From an uncultured Vampirovibrionales bacterium (GTDB taxonomy: Bacteria > Cyanobacteriota > Vampirovibrionia > Vampirovibrionales > Vampirovibrionaceae): 64,000 nucleotides of DNA. Under the pieces are notes generated by a model, which ran no database searches, was not told the origin of the DNA, and saw only the letters and a list, made by a program, of their open reading frames with translations. Shown here piece after piece: positions 29,175-38,997 of the stretch. How positions within the stretch are numbered: position 1 is the stretch's first letter; each line of letters begins with the position of its first letter. The position numbers and the translations under genes were made by a program. The stretch lies in assembly GCA_964390635.1 (NCBI GenBank), contig CAYMIG010000001.1:203321-267320 (forward strand). The letters are read 5' to 3'.

Positions 29175-30887
29175 TTAATCGGCGCGTTCCAGAAGCAGCA
29201 TTAACGGCCCCGGATACCGACGCTTGCCGGCCTCATGTCCCTTGATGCTTTCCGTCAGGGCGGCAAAACCCTGCGTCTGCTGGATGGCCATCAGGCTGTC
29301 CTCGTTCAGCGACAATGGATGGGTGGCAAACAGCTTGCGCCAGCGGTAGTGTTGCTGCACATAGTCGTAATAGTCCTGGCCATACTGCATTTTATAGATC
29401 CCATTCCGGCGTTTGCCTTTCAGTTCCATTAAAATATACCGGGGGCGGATGTCGGCAATCTGAATGGTGTCCATTTGCCCGCCTGCATGGGGCACAATGC
29501 GGAAATGATCCCCTTGCCAGTCCCCGGTGGTGACGGATGAGCGGTAGTGGTGCGGATCGAGCGGCACGGTGTCCGGTTCCGAAAAAAAGCGGTCACCGGG
29601 ACGGGCCGTTTCCCGGAGGGCTTCCCAGGCGATATTGCGGGTGTCCGGCTGGGTGAAAACCTGGACATGTTCTAGGCTCTCGGCCATGGTGGGGAAGGCC
29701 GTCCCTGCCACCAGGGCGAAAAAAATCCAGCCGGCGGCGGAGTCCTTCCAGCAAAAGCGCCCAGCCAGCCTGAAGGCCAGCATTTCCAGAAAAGCGGCGG
29801 CTGCAAGATACAGAAATGGGTACACCGGCAGCAGATACTTGGCGTTGACCAGTTGAAACTGGCAGACCACCAGCAGAAACAAAAGGGGAAAGCTGAAAAG
29901 AATGCATGCTGCTGCCCGCCGGCGGCGGATTTCCAGGGCCAGGCCGGTTAGGCCGAGCGCATAGAGGGGCCATCCCACGGCCCGGGGAGCGATTTTCCCA
30001 AAAATTTTGCCAAAAGAGGCCATCAGTTGAACCCCTTCCCTGGTAGCGCCCGTGTTTCGGTACAGCATGTGGCGGCGCTCCACGTCCAGGTGTTGGTAAA
30101 ACGTCAGGAAATTCTTAAAAATCATCGGGTTCAGGGCTAAAAAGACGACGGGCACCAGCGGAAGAGATAACCACAGCCTGGAATCCTTCAGGGCCAATTT
30201 CCACGGGTAGTCCTTGAGCGGTTTTCCCTGGCCGTGCCTGAAAAAATGGGCAACGGGCAGAAAAACACCCGTAAACACGTTGTACTTAAACGAAACGGTC
30301 AGCGCAATGGCCGCCGCACACAGAAAATAATCCCTTCTTGAGCCCCGCTCGTACACGTCCAGTGCCAGCCACGCGCTCAGCAAAATGCAGAACAGCGAGG
30401 GGATATCCGAAATGACAATGGCCGAGATGCGTAGGTGGGTGGTGTCCACGGCTAGGAAAAAGGCGGCTGCCAGTCCCACGGCGGGCGAAAACACCCGTGC
30501 GCCCAGCCGGTACAGCAAACCGATGCTGCCCATGGCCAGAACCACGCTGACGGTTCGCCCCACGATGGCTACCAGGGTAGGATCCTGCCAGAAGGCATCC
30601 ACATAACCCTTCCAGCTTAAAAACGGGCTGAAAAGATAAGCAAGCCAGTAGAACGCGGCATAAAAATACAGGAAAAAGCTGGGCTTCTTGAAGTAATCCA
30701 GGGCCCATTCCCCCAGCCCAAAGCGCAGGGCGTGGTCGTAGTATATGGGTTCATCCTCATGTAGCAGCAGGGGCAGGCCATATGGAATCAGCATAAGCCT
30801 CAGAAACACTCCCAGAAGCAAAATTGCCAGGAGTACGATCCGTATCCCGGCGGCTGGCTTGCGAAATTGGGGAAGAATGGGGGGCAT
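29175..30887 (-). CDS. GT-C fold glycosyltransferase, family 39/83-like (PMT/ArnT-like)
   Basis: 570 aa. ~11 predicted TM helices, with N-terminal ...LLHEDEPIYYDHALRFGLG... resembling the DE-containing first periplasmic loop of PMT/ArnT enzymes, and a large C-terminal soluble domain. The start was set at the internal ATG 30887 (CAT on plus). Confidence 0.55.
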   Translation of the reverse strand: MPPILPQFRKPAAGIRIVLLAILLLGVFLRLMLIPYGLPLLLHEDEPIYYDHALRFGLGEWALDYFKKPSFFLYFYAAFYWLAYLFSPFLSWKGYVDAFWQDPTLVAIVGRTVSVVLAMGSIGLLYRLGARVFSPAVGLAAAFFLAVDTTHLRISAIVISDIPSLFCILLSAWLALDVYERGSRRDYFLCAAAIALTVSFKYNVFTGVFLPVAHFFRHGQGKPLKDYPWKLALKDSRLWLSLPLVPVVFLALNPMIFKNFLTFYQHLDVERRHMLYRNTGATREGVQLMASFGKIFGKIAPRAVGWPLYALGLTGLALEIRRRRAAACILFSFPLLFLLVVCQFQLVNAKYLLPVYPFLYLAAAAFLEMLAFRLAGRFCWKDSAAGWIFFALVAGTAFPTMAESLEHVQVFTQPDTRNIAWEALRETARPGDRFFSEPDTVPLDPHHYRSSVTTGDWQGDHFRIVPHAGGQMDTIQIADIRPRYILMELKGKRRNGIYKMQYGQDYYDYVQQHYRWRKLFATHPLSLNEDSLMAIQQTQGFAALTESIKGHEAGKRRYPGPLMLLLERAD

Positions 30888-31129
30888 CTGGTATTTCCGG
30901 GGATTTTGATCCACTATTCTTTGGGCAGTGTACCACGCCCGCCCGGGGCGTGGATCCGCCCCTTCTCGCGGGAAACCCTCACCTGTCAAGCTTGCCGTAA
31001 GCGGCTGGCACCCGGTATTGATATTGGTACGCAAACATTGACCTTTATTTTCCTTGCTGATACGCTAACCTACGATAGACTGGATTCCCCGCTGTCTTGT
31101 GTAATGGAACCTCACCATCGAGCGGAACA

Positions 31130-31963
31130 ATGACCCAAATCAACGATATTTACGTCCTGATCAAGCAAGTCCCCGACCAGTCCGCAAAGGCAGGCATCAA
31201 TCCCGACGGAACCATTGACCGGGCGAAAGCCAAGCGGATGCTGAACCCCTTTGACCGCTATGCATTGCAGGCGGCGCTGCACACCAAGGAAAAATACGGT
31301 GGCCGTGTGACCGCCATCTCCATGGGCCCCCCGCCCGCCGTTGAAATCCTGATGGAAGCCATTGAGCATGGGGCCGATGCCGGCTACCTGCTTTCCGATC
31401 GGCGCCTTGCGGCCTCCGATACGCTGGCGACGGCCTACGCCCTGCATAAGGTGGTGCAAAGCCTGGGCCAGCCGCAGCTGATTTTCTGTGGCTTGCAAAC
31501 CACCGATGGCGATACCGCGCAGGTGGGCCCGCAGATTGCCGAGCGCCTGAACCTGCCCCAAACCACCTATTGCGAGGATTTCCGCGTTGAGGACGGCAAG
31601 GTGGTCGCTCGTCGCGTGATTGAGGGCGGCTATCAGTGGGTGCGCATGGAAATGCCCGCCCTCATTACCGTGGCCAACTCCTATCACCCCCTGAAGTACA
31701 AGAGCATCCGCGGCGCCCGCCGCGTGCAGGAGCTTCTTCGCAATGAGGAAGAGAAGAACAAGGTCATTAAAACCGTGACCCTGGATGATGTCGGCGCGGA
31801 TCCGGTGCTGTGCGGCCTGAAAGGCTCTCCCACCATCGTGGCCAAGACCGACAAGGTGGCCGAGATTGGCGGTAGCTGCGTGGTTCGCCAGGGCGCGCCC
31901 ATCGATGACATGGTTAAAGACGTGTTGCAGAATACCAACCTCAAGGAATTCGCAAGGGTATGA
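31130..31963 (+). CDS. etfB: electron transfer flavoprotein beta subunit
   Basis: MTQINDIYVLIKQVPD...NPFDRYALQAALH...GADAGYLLSD is the EtfB/FixA signature. Confidence 0.85.
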   Translation: MTQINDIYVLIKQVPDQSAKAGINPDGTIDRAKAKRMLNPFDRYALQAALHTKEKYGGRVTAISMGPPPAVEILMEAIEHGADAGYLLSDRRLAASDTLATAYALHKVVQSLGQPQLIFCGLQTTDGDTAQVGPQIAERLNLPQTTYCEDFRVEDGKVVARRVIEGGYQWVRMEMPALITVANSYHPLKYKSIRGARRVQELLRNEEEKNKVIKTVTLDDVGADPVLCGLKGSPTIVAKTDKVAEIGGSCVVRQGAPIDDMVKDVLQNTNLKEFARV

Positions 31964-33168
31964 GCGAAGAGAAAGACGCAAAGGCCGGCCAGCCCCAGGC
32001 CGCCGATAATCCCCAGCCTGCGGCCAATGCCGCGCCCCAAGCCCCGGCGGTCGATCTCGACGCGCTGGCCAAGCGGGAAATCTCCACCCCCAGCAACAAA
32101 GAAGTCATGGTGGTTGCCGAGCAGGCCAACGGCAAGGTGCAGCCGGTTACCCTGGAGCTTCTGGGCGCCGGTCGCCAGCTGGCCGACAAGCTGGGAGGCC
32201 GCCTCTCCTGCATTCTGCTGGGCCACAAGCTGGGCGACGAGCCCCAGCGCATGATTGAATACGGCGCGGAAATCGTCTACGTGGCCGATCACCCCGAGCT
32301 GGAAAACTACCGCACCCTGCCCTATCGCCGGGTCATCACCGACCTGCTGGATACCTTCGACCCGCCGCCGCACATTATGCTGCTGGGCTCCACCACCACG
32401 GGCCGGGATTTGGCCCCGCGCATCGCGGCGCACTTTGAAACCGGCCTGACCGCCGACTGCACCGAACTCGACATTGGCCCCTACGAGCATACCAACAAGG
32501 CCGACCCGGACAAGCTGGGCATCTACCCCGGCTGCCTTTATGCCATCCGCCCCAGCTTTGGCGAGAGCCTGAAGGCCCGCATCCTGGGCCCCTGGAACAA
32601 CCCGCAGATGGCCACCACCCGTCCCGGCGTGATGGTGCCGCTGGAGGCCGACAAGAACCGCAAGGGCGAGATTCGCGAGATTCCGGTGAACCTGCGCCCC
32701 GAGGACCAGCGCCTGCAAATCATGGAAATCGTCCGCGAAATGCAGTCCGGCGTGAGTCTTTCCGATGCCGACGTGGTTGTGGCCGGCGGCTACGGCCTGG
32801 GCGGCCCGGAAGGCTTCGAGATGCTGAAAGAGCTGGCCGCCTGCTTCGATAACGGCGTGGTTGGCGCTTCGCGCAAGTGCGTGGACGCGGGCTGGATTCC
32901 CTACCAGCACCAGGTGGGCCAGACCGGCAAAACCGTGCGCCCCAAGGTGTACATTGCCTGCGGCATTTCCGGGGCCATCCAGCATCGGGTGGGCATGAAC
33001 AAGTCCGGGCTGATTATCGCCATCAACAAGGATGCCGACGCCCCCATCTTCACCGTGGCGCACCACGGCATCGTGGGCGACGTGTACCAGGTGGTGCCCG
33101 AGATGATCCGCCAGCTGAAGGCCAGCGGCGCGGGCAAGAGCGACAGGGCGGAAGAGTCCCTGGTTTAA
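31960..33168 (+). CDS. etfA: electron transfer flavoprotein alpha subunit
   Basis: Ala/Pro-rich N-terminal linker, then an EtfA FAD-binding C-terminal region ([37 protein letters not shown]). ATGA overlap with etfB. Confidence 0.85.
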   Translation: MSEEKDAKAGQPQAADNPQPAANAAPQAPAVDLDALAKREISTPSNKEVMVVAEQANGKVQPVTLELLGAGRQLADKLGGRLSCILLGHKLGDEPQRMIEYGAEIVYVADHPELENYRTLPYRRVITDLLDTFDPPPHIMLLGSTTTGRDLAPRIAAHFETGLTADCTELDIGPYEHTNKADPDKLGIYPGCLYAIRPSFGESLKARILGPWNNPQMATTRPGVMVPLEADKNRKGEIREIPVNLRPEDQRLQIMEIVREMQSGVSLSDADVVVAGGYGLGGPEGFEMLKELAACFDNGVVGASRKCVDAGWIPYQHQVGQTGKTVRPKVYIACGISGAIQHRVGMNKSGLIIAINKDADAPIFTVAHHGIVGDVYQVVPEMIRQLKASGAGKSDRAEESLV

Positions 33169-33213
33169 CACACTGTCAAGGTAGTATTGAGATAAGAATG
33201 GAGGCGGTGCCTC

Positions 33214-34947
33214 TTGGCTGAGCGAATCGAATATGACGTAATCCTGGTGGGCGGCAGCCCCTCCAACCTGGCCCTGGCCCACCACCTGGTGGATCTGGCC
33301 AAGGCCAGCGGCCTGAAATTCACCATGGCCATCCTGGAAAAAGGCAAGGAATTTGGCGCGCACGTGGTGAGCGGCGCGGTTTCCAACCCCCGGGTAATTA
33401 AAAAGCTGTTTCCCGACTACGAAAGCACCGGCTTCCCCATCGAGGCCGTCTGCAACGAGAGCCATTTCTCCGTGCTGGGCAACAAGCACAAATGGGACGT
33501 GCCCGCCGCCCTGGTGCCGCCGGGGATGAAAAAGGAGGGCTATTTCGTCCTGACCCTCAGCCACGTGGTTTACTGGATGGTGAACCGCCTGAAGGAGAAG
33601 CTGAAAGAGACCCCCGAGATTGTTGTGGACTTCTTCCCGGGCTTTTCCGCGCACGAGATTGTCTATGACGGCGACCGGGTGACGGGTGTGCAAGTGCTGG
33701 AGAAGCCCTCCGGCGACCCCAACGAGGACAACATCTACGCCAAGGTGGTTTGCTTTGGCGACAAGGGCTTTGTTTCCCGCCAGCACATCGACAGGTTCAA
33801 CCTGCGTGAAAACCCCCAAATATGGTCGGTGGGCGTCAAAGAGGTATGGGAACTGGCCGAAGGCCAGGATGTGGCTGGAAAAGTATGGCACACCATGGGT
33901 TTTCCGCTGCTGGATGGCACCTTTGGCGGCGCCTTCGTGTACGGCATGAAAGACCGCAAGCTGACCATCGGCATGGTCATCTCGCTGGATTCCCCCAACC
34001 CCAACATCAACCCGCAACAAAAGCTCCAGGATCTCAAAAAGCATCCCTGGCTGCAGGCGCTCATCAAGGACGGCAAGCTGGTGAAATACGGCGCGGCCCT
34101 GCTGCCGGAGGGCGGCTATTACAGCCTGCCCAAAAAATTCGCCACCGATGGGGCCATGCTGCTGGGTGATGCCCTGGGCGTGCTGGACATCAGCCAGCTT
34201 TCCGGGGTGGACAAGGCTATGGAGTGCGGCTGGCAGGCAGCCGAGGTGCTGCATGCCGCCCTGCAAGCCAACGACTTTACCGAAGCCCGCCTGCAACCCT
34301 ACCAGGAACGGGTGATGAAGTCGTTCGTGGGCAAAGAGCTCCATTCAGGCCGTTACTTCCGTCAGGCCTGGCAGGAAAACCCCCGCCTGCTCAACAACTA
34401 CCTGCCGGTGGTCATTGAAGGCATCGATGCCGGCAATCCCATCGGCGGCCTCATCAACGTGGGCCTCAAGAACAACCCCTTCACCGCCATGGCGGACGCC
34501 CTGCGCCTGAAGTCCCTGATGGACGGCACCCAGGATATCGGGCCGGTCAAATACAAGCCCGATTATCAGCATATCGTGCCCAACTTCAAGGCCCCGCGCG
34601 ATATCTCGGTGAATGGGGCGGCGAAAAATACCATTTACAGCCGGGCGGACGCGGTGTTCTACGCCCATACGCACTATCACGAGCACAACGAGCACATCGA
34701 CGAATTCAACGCCGATGTCTGCGTGAAGTGCATCTCCACCTATGACGCCCTTGGCAAGGAAACCCCCTGCGTTTCCGACTGTACCGCCGAAGTGCACCGC
34801 GTGGATGTGAAGCAAGGCGTGCGCCACCACGGCATGTCGCTTGAAAACTGCGTGCAGTGCCGCACTTGCGAGATGGTCTGCCCCGAGGTGAACCTGAAGG
34901 TGCGCCCCACCGAGCAAGGCTCCGGCCCCGACTTCATGGGGTTGTAG
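33214..34947 (+). CDS. electron transfer flavoprotein-ubiquinone oxidoreductase (ETF-QO; FixC-FixX-like fusion)
   Basis: 577 aa. N-terminal FAD-binding YDVILVGGSPSNLALAHHL and a C-terminal 4Fe-4S ferredoxin motif CVQCRTCEMVCPE. Confidence 0.8.
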   Translation: MAERIEYDVILVGGSPSNLALAHHLVDLAKASGLKFTMAILEKGKEFGAHVVSGAVSNPRVIKKLFPDYESTGFPIEAVCNESHFSVLGNKHKWDVPAALVPPGMKKEGYFVLTLSHVVYWMVNRLKEKLKETPEIVVDFFPGFSAHEIVYDGDRVTGVQVLEKPSGDPNEDNIYAKVVCFGDKGFVSRQHIDRFNLRENPQIWSVGVKEVWELAEGQDVAGKVWHTMGFPLLDGTFGGAFVYGMKDRKLTIGMVISLDSPNPNINPQQKLQDLKKHPWLQALIKDGKLVKYGAALLPEGGYYSLPKKFATDGAMLLGDALGVLDISQLSGVDKAMECGWQAAEVLHAALQANDFTEARLQPYQERVMKSFVGKELHSGRYFRQAWQENPRLLNNYLPVVIEGIDAGNPIGGLINVGLKNNPFTAMADALRLKSLMDGTQDIGPVKYKPDYQHIVPNFKAPRDISVNGAAKNTIYSRADAVFYAHTHYHEHNEHIDEFNADVCVKCISTYDALGKETPCVSDCTAEVHRVDVKQGVRHHGMSLENCVQCRTCEMVCPEVNLKVRPTEQGSGPDFMGL

Positions 34948-34953
34948 GCCGGG

Positions 34954-35787
34954 CTATTCGTCCTCGCCTCCCAGTTGGCACGCCCAGCACACAATGCGGC
35001 GTCCATGCCGATCCCGCATGCATTGGCAATGCTTTTGCGCCCTGGCTCCCTTGGCGCGCGCCTGGGGTTTTAGCCAAGGCAGGTTGGCCATCAGGATGAG
35101 CGCGGCCATCCGCTCATACAGGGGCGCCAGGTGCTGGAGGATTTCCTGCAACTTGGCGGGCAGCAGGTTTTGCAGGCGCTCGGGATCCAGCCGGGATGCC
35201 ACCTCCTGGGCCACGCGGCGATCCAGCTCCTGGTAGCGGGCCTGGGCTTTCATTAACAGTGATTCGGCTTTTTCCAGGGTGACACTCAGTGGCATGAGCA
35301 AATCCTCCCGGCGATCGCCTGCCTCCGGTGCCGGTTTTTTTGCGCCTGTTCGTTCTTCCGTTGGGGCTTCCTCCTGTGGGGAGCGCCGATTTTCCGAGGC
35401 TGCGGGCAGGGCCACCTTCACCTGGACAGCGCGGGTTTTGCTCCCCGGCAACCCGTTTGGGCCCGGCGCGTTGCCATGTCCCGGGGCCTTCTCCTGCTGG
35501 AACCGGGCCAAGAGCCGTGCCAGCAGGCGGGGGGTGGCTGGTTTTTGGCCGGGCGTCTCCGCCGGCAAAGACGGCTGTCCCGGTTGGAGCCACAGCCGGA
35601 TGCGCGCCAGCAACAGCCGAACCCGAAATCCGATCAGCCCGGGCAGCGGCGAACGGAATCGTCCGGCGGGAGGTGCTTCCGCTGGCCGGGCCTTCGAAGG
35701 CGGCTTGGGCGGGCATTCCTCCCCCGGCTGGGCCGCGGCGCGTTTATGGGCGGCGCGCAGGAGCTTTTCCTGCAAGGTGATATTCAT
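34954..35787 (-). CDS. hypothetical protein: Pro/Ala/Arg-rich N-terminal half and a helical C-terminal half ending in a Cys4 knuckle (HCQCMRDRHGRRIVCWACQ)
   Basis: 277-aa ORF convergent with ETF-QO. The composition of the N-terminal half is suspicious for a high-GC artefact, but the C-terminal half is non-repetitive. No family recognised. Confidence 0.3.
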   Translation of the reverse strand: MNITLQEKLLRAAHKRAAAQPGEECPPKPPSKARPAEAPPAGRFRSPLPGLIGFRVRLLLARIRLWLQPGQPSLPAETPGQKPATPRLLARLLARFQQEKAPGHGNAPGPNGLPGSKTRAVQVKVALPAASENRRSPQEEAPTEERTGAKKPAPEAGDRREDLLMPLSVTLEKAESLLMKAQARYQELDRRVAQEVASRLDPERLQNLLPAKLQEILQHLAPLYERMAALILMANLPWLKPQARAKGARAQKHCQCMRDRHGRRIVCWACQLGGEDE

Positions 35788-35860
35788 GAACCAACCTCTC
35801 CGGGATGCCGGTGATGATGCATCTATTCTATATAAAAACCATATTTTGGGCGGGATTGCC

Positions 35861-36211
35861 TTACAGCGTCACGCCCAGTTTTTTCAGCAGCGGAACCATC
35901 AGGGCATAGGCCAGGATGGTGAGCAGGCAGGAGAGGCCCAGCGCCGCGTAGAAGGGCAGTTTTCTCTCCAGCAGCCAGGGAAGGGCGGCAAACAGTACCA
36001 GGGAGGGCAGCACCAGCCAGAAAATTCCCCTCGACAGCGCGGCTACCCGGGCACTGTCCCCGGTTTCCACTTGCAGCCATACCATGGCCACCAGCGAAAC
36101 CAGTGGAAGGGAGGCTAGCAGGCTGCCGGCCAGGGTGCTGCGCTTTGCCAGTTCCGAAACCGCAACGATAATGGCCGCCGAAAGCAAGGTTTTGATTGCA
36201 TAAAGGCCCAT
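35861..36211 (-). CDS. small integral membrane protein (DUF3147-like)
   Basis: 116 aa from MGLYAIKTLLSAAIIVAVSELAK..., four hydrophobic segments. The ATG overlaps the SSS transporter stop by 1 nt (CAT at 36209-36211). Confidence 0.5.
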   Translation of the reverse strand: MGLYAIKTLLSAAIIVAVSELAKRSTLAGSLLASLPLVSLVAMVWLQVETGDSARVAALSRGIFWLVLPSLVLFAALPWLLERKLPFYAALGLSCLLTILAYALMVPLLKKLGVTL

Positions 36212-38172
36212 CAGGAGGCCTCGGGGGCAATCTCGCCACGGTGCACCGCGGTTTCCTCGGCCAGATCCGCCAGGTGCAGCCCGAAGCCGAAGCGCCACCA
36301 CACCGGGATGAGCGACATGCTCAGCGCCAGCAGGAGGGCGATCCAGGCCCAGCGCGCCAGCGGGAACCAGTGCGGGGCCGGGCTGCCCAACAGCCATGTG
36401 CCCACGCCCACCAGCGCGCAGAAGACCGAAACGGCGGCCAGCAGCGTGGCGGAAATACCATAACCGAAGCGGCGACGGGTATCGGCGGGGTCGTCCCCGG
36501 CCTCGCGGGCAATGGGCCCCCAGAAGCCCGGCGGGCGGGCGCGCAGGTAGAACGACTTTAGCCGCTCCCGATCCTCGGGGCCGCCCAGAACCGAGACCAC
36601 GATGCCCGCCGTGGCGCCGATGGCGGCCATCCACAACATTTTGTGCTCCACCGGCATGTCGGCGAACACGGTCATAAATACGGGAATCATCACCAGCGTG
36701 GCGCCGATGGAGGCGATTTCGCCCCAGGCGCTGAAGCGCCACCACAGCCAGCGCAAGATTAGCACCACGCCCAGGCCGGCGCCCAGCAGCAGGCTGGTTT
36801 TCCAGGCCACCTGAATGGAGGAGAGCCGGGTCATGATGAACAGCGCCATGAACAGTATCAGCAGGTTGCAGCCCCGGGCCACCCACACCAGGGTTTTTGG
36901 GTTGGGCTCGGTTTTGAGGATGCTCTGGCAGATGAGGCGCTTGTAGATGTCGTTGGTCCAGTACGAAGAGCCCCAGTTCACATGGGTATCCACCGTGGAA
37001 CCCAGCGCCGTGAGCATGGCCGTCACCATCAGTCCCTTCACCCCGATGGGCAGCAGGCTGGCCATGCCGGTCACGTAGGTGGCCTCGCGGGCGGCCTTGA
37101 AGGCCTCACCGCCCATGCCCGCTTCCGGCGGGAAGAGAATCAACAGCCCCAGGCCGATGGGCAGCCACAGCAGCGTGCGCAGGATGACCTGCACCACGGT
37201 GAAAATCACCGCGGCCTGCTTGGCGTCCTTGTCGGAGCGGCAAGCCATGGTGCGCTGGGCCAGGTAGCCCGAGCCGTCGGCGTTGATCTGGGCAATCCAC
37301 TGCACCATGTACACCATCAGGATGGCCAGCGAGGCGTTTCGGGCCTCCGACGGCGTAAAGGCCAGAATCTGCCCCACCGTCATACCGGTGGGGTTGCCGT
37401 GCGAGAGCACTTCCGTCAGCTTTTCCGGGAACAGCCCGATGCCGCCCACCGCCTGCACCACGATGAAGGCGTACACCGCCGTGGCCAGCATCTTGACGAA
37501 AAACTGGAAGATGTCCATCATCACCACGTTGCGCAGCCCGCCGGTGGTGGAATAAAACGTGGTGACCGCCGAAATGGACAGGATGGAGATAAGGTTGTTG
37601 GTGGATTTTATCCAGATGTCGCCGTCTGCGGTGTTCATGGTCACGGGAATGTGAATCCAGTCCACCAGGGACAGGATGGGCTGGTAGATCAAGCCCGGCA
37701 GCCAGAGGTTCCAGGTGAGGAAGGGCTCCGAAATGCGTGTGGCGGCCAGCAACACCATGGCCAGCACCGTGCAGTTGAAGATGGTACCCAGGTAAATGGC
37801 CTTGAACACCCGCAGGGTGAGGGCCGGCTTTTGCCCGTAGCGCACCTCGGTCAGCTCGGCGTCGGTAATGACGCCCACCTTGCGCCAGCTGGGCCCCAGC
37901 ACAAAGCCCAGCATCAGGAATGCCAGGGCGTAAACCCACAACTGCCACAGCGAAAAGATGCCCGCCGTGGCAATCAGGCCGGTTACCAGCAGCGGGGTGT
38001 CGGCGGCAAACTGGGCGGCGGCCATGCTGAGCCCGGCTTGCCAGCCCTTCAGGCTGCGTCCGGCCAGGAAGTATTCCTCCAGGTTGGTGCCGGCCTCTTC
38101 TTTGGAATGCAGGCCCACGAAAATGGAGTAGATCAAATAGCTGCTGACGATTGCCAGATCGATCGGATGCAT
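36211..38172 (-). CDS. sodium:solute symporter (SSS) family transporter
   Basis: 13+ TM helices with SSS-type segments (...GRSLKGWQAGLSMAAAQFAADTPL..., ...YSTTGGLRNVVMMD...). The start was set at MHPIDLAIVSS (CAT at 38170-38172). Confidence 0.8.
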   Translation of the reverse strand: MHPIDLAIVSSYLIYSIFVGLHSKEEAGTNLEEYFLAGRSLKGWQAGLSMAAAQFAADTPLLVTGLIATAGIFSLWQLWVYALAFLMLGFVLGPSWRKVGVITDAELTEVRYGQKPALTLRVFKAIYLGTIFNCTVLAMVLLAATRISEPFLTWNLWLPGLIYQPILSLVDWIHIPVTMNTADGDIWIKSTNNLISILSISAVTTFYSTTGGLRNVVMMDIFQFFVKMLATAVYAFIVVQAVGGIGLFPEKLTEVLSHGNPTGMTVGQILAFTPSEARNASLAILMVYMVQWIAQINADGSGYLAQRTMACRSDKDAKQAAVIFTVVQVILRTLLWLPIGLGLLILFPPEAGMGGEAFKAAREATYVTGMASLLPIGVKGLMVTAMLTALGSTVDTHVNWGSSYWTNDIYKRLICQSILKTEPNPKTLVWVARGCNLLILFMALFIMTRLSSIQVAWKTSLLLGAGLGVVLILRWLWWRFSAWGEIASIGATLVMIPVFMTVFADMPVEHKMLWMAAIGATAGIVVSVLGGPEDRERLKSFYLRARPPGFWGPIAREAGDDPADTRRRFGYGISATLLAAVSVFCALVGVGTWLLGSPAPHWFPLARWAWIALLLALSMSLIPVWWRFGFGLHLADLAEETAVHRGEIAPEAS

Positions 38173-38313
38173 GGGGTCACTCCAGGGCTTGCGGGGAAAA
38201 GGGCCGAAGGGCGGCATTTTCCAGTAGAGGTTACCGGAAACAGGCTAGGGAAACAACCATCGGGATTATGTTATGATTCCTTTCCCCACATGAAAACGAG
38301 AGGAGCCGTAAAA

Positions 38314-38994
38314 ATGCAAAAGCTGGTGCGTGGCGTCCATCACTTCAAGTCCACGGTATACGAGCAGCAAAAGGAGCTGTTTGAGAAGTTGACCCACGGT
38401 CAAACCCCGGAAGTGCTTTTTATTACCTGCTCCGATTCCCGGATCAATCCCAACCTGATTACCCAGACCGATCCCGGGGAACTGTTCATCATCCGCAACG
38501 CCGGAAACTTCGTGCCTCCGTATGTGGCTGGACTGCCGGCGGGCGGCGAGGCGGCCACCATCGAATATGCGGTCAGCGTGCTGGGCGTGAAGGAAATTAT
38601 TATTTGCGGCCATACGCTTTGTGGCGCGCTGGGCGCCATGCTGAAGCCCGAATGCCTGAAAGAGCTGCCCGCCGTTTCCTCCTGGCTGTCCCACGCCGAG
38701 GTGACCCGCCGCATCATGAAGGAAAACTATAGCCACCTGCACGACGATGAGCTGTTTGCCGCCGCCGTGGAAGAAAACGTGCTGAACCAACTGGAAAGTC
38801 TGCGCACCCACCCGGCCGTTGCCGTTAAGCTGGCCAGGCAGGAAATTCACCTGCATGGCTGGGTGTACAAGATTGAAACCGGTGAAGTGTTTGCCTACCG
38901 GCCCGAGAACGAAGAGTTCGTCCCGCTGGAGCAGGCTTACCCGCTCGGCGCCCGGCGGGGCTCCGTCCGTCACGCGGTGGAAGTGGGCGATTAA
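38314..38994 (+). CDS. can: beta-class carbonic anhydrase
   Basis: ITCSDSRINPNL...IIRNAGN...IIICGHTLCGA are beta-CA zinc-ligand motifs (Cys, Asp-x-Arg, His-x-x-Cys). GAGGAG SD 8 nt upstream of the ATG at 38314. Confidence 0.85.
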   Translation: MQKLVRGVHHFKSTVYEQQKELFEKLTHGQTPEVLFITCSDSRINPNLITQTDPGELFIIRNAGNFVPPYVAGLPAGGEAATIEYAVSVLGVKEIIICGHTLCGALGAMLKPECLKELPAVSSWLSHAEVTRRIMKENYSHLHDDELFAAAVEENVLNQLESLRTHPAVAVKLARQEIHLHGWVYKIETGEVFAYRPENEEFVPLEQAYPLGARRGSVRHAVEVGD

Positions 38995-38997
38995 TCC

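Noticed and set aside
31684-34344. 886-aa minus-strand ORF
   Set aside because: It is antisense to etfA and ETF-QO. Its composition (Gly/Ala/Leu/Val/His runs) is typical of out-of-frame reading of high-GC coding DNA, and the sense-strand genes have clear family signatures.
36982-38313. N-terminal 440 codons of the 670-aa plus-strand ORF
   Set aside because: This part is antisense read-through of the SSS transporter gene. Only the C-terminal 226 aa (beta-carbonic anhydrase, from the ATG at 38314 with an SD) are real.
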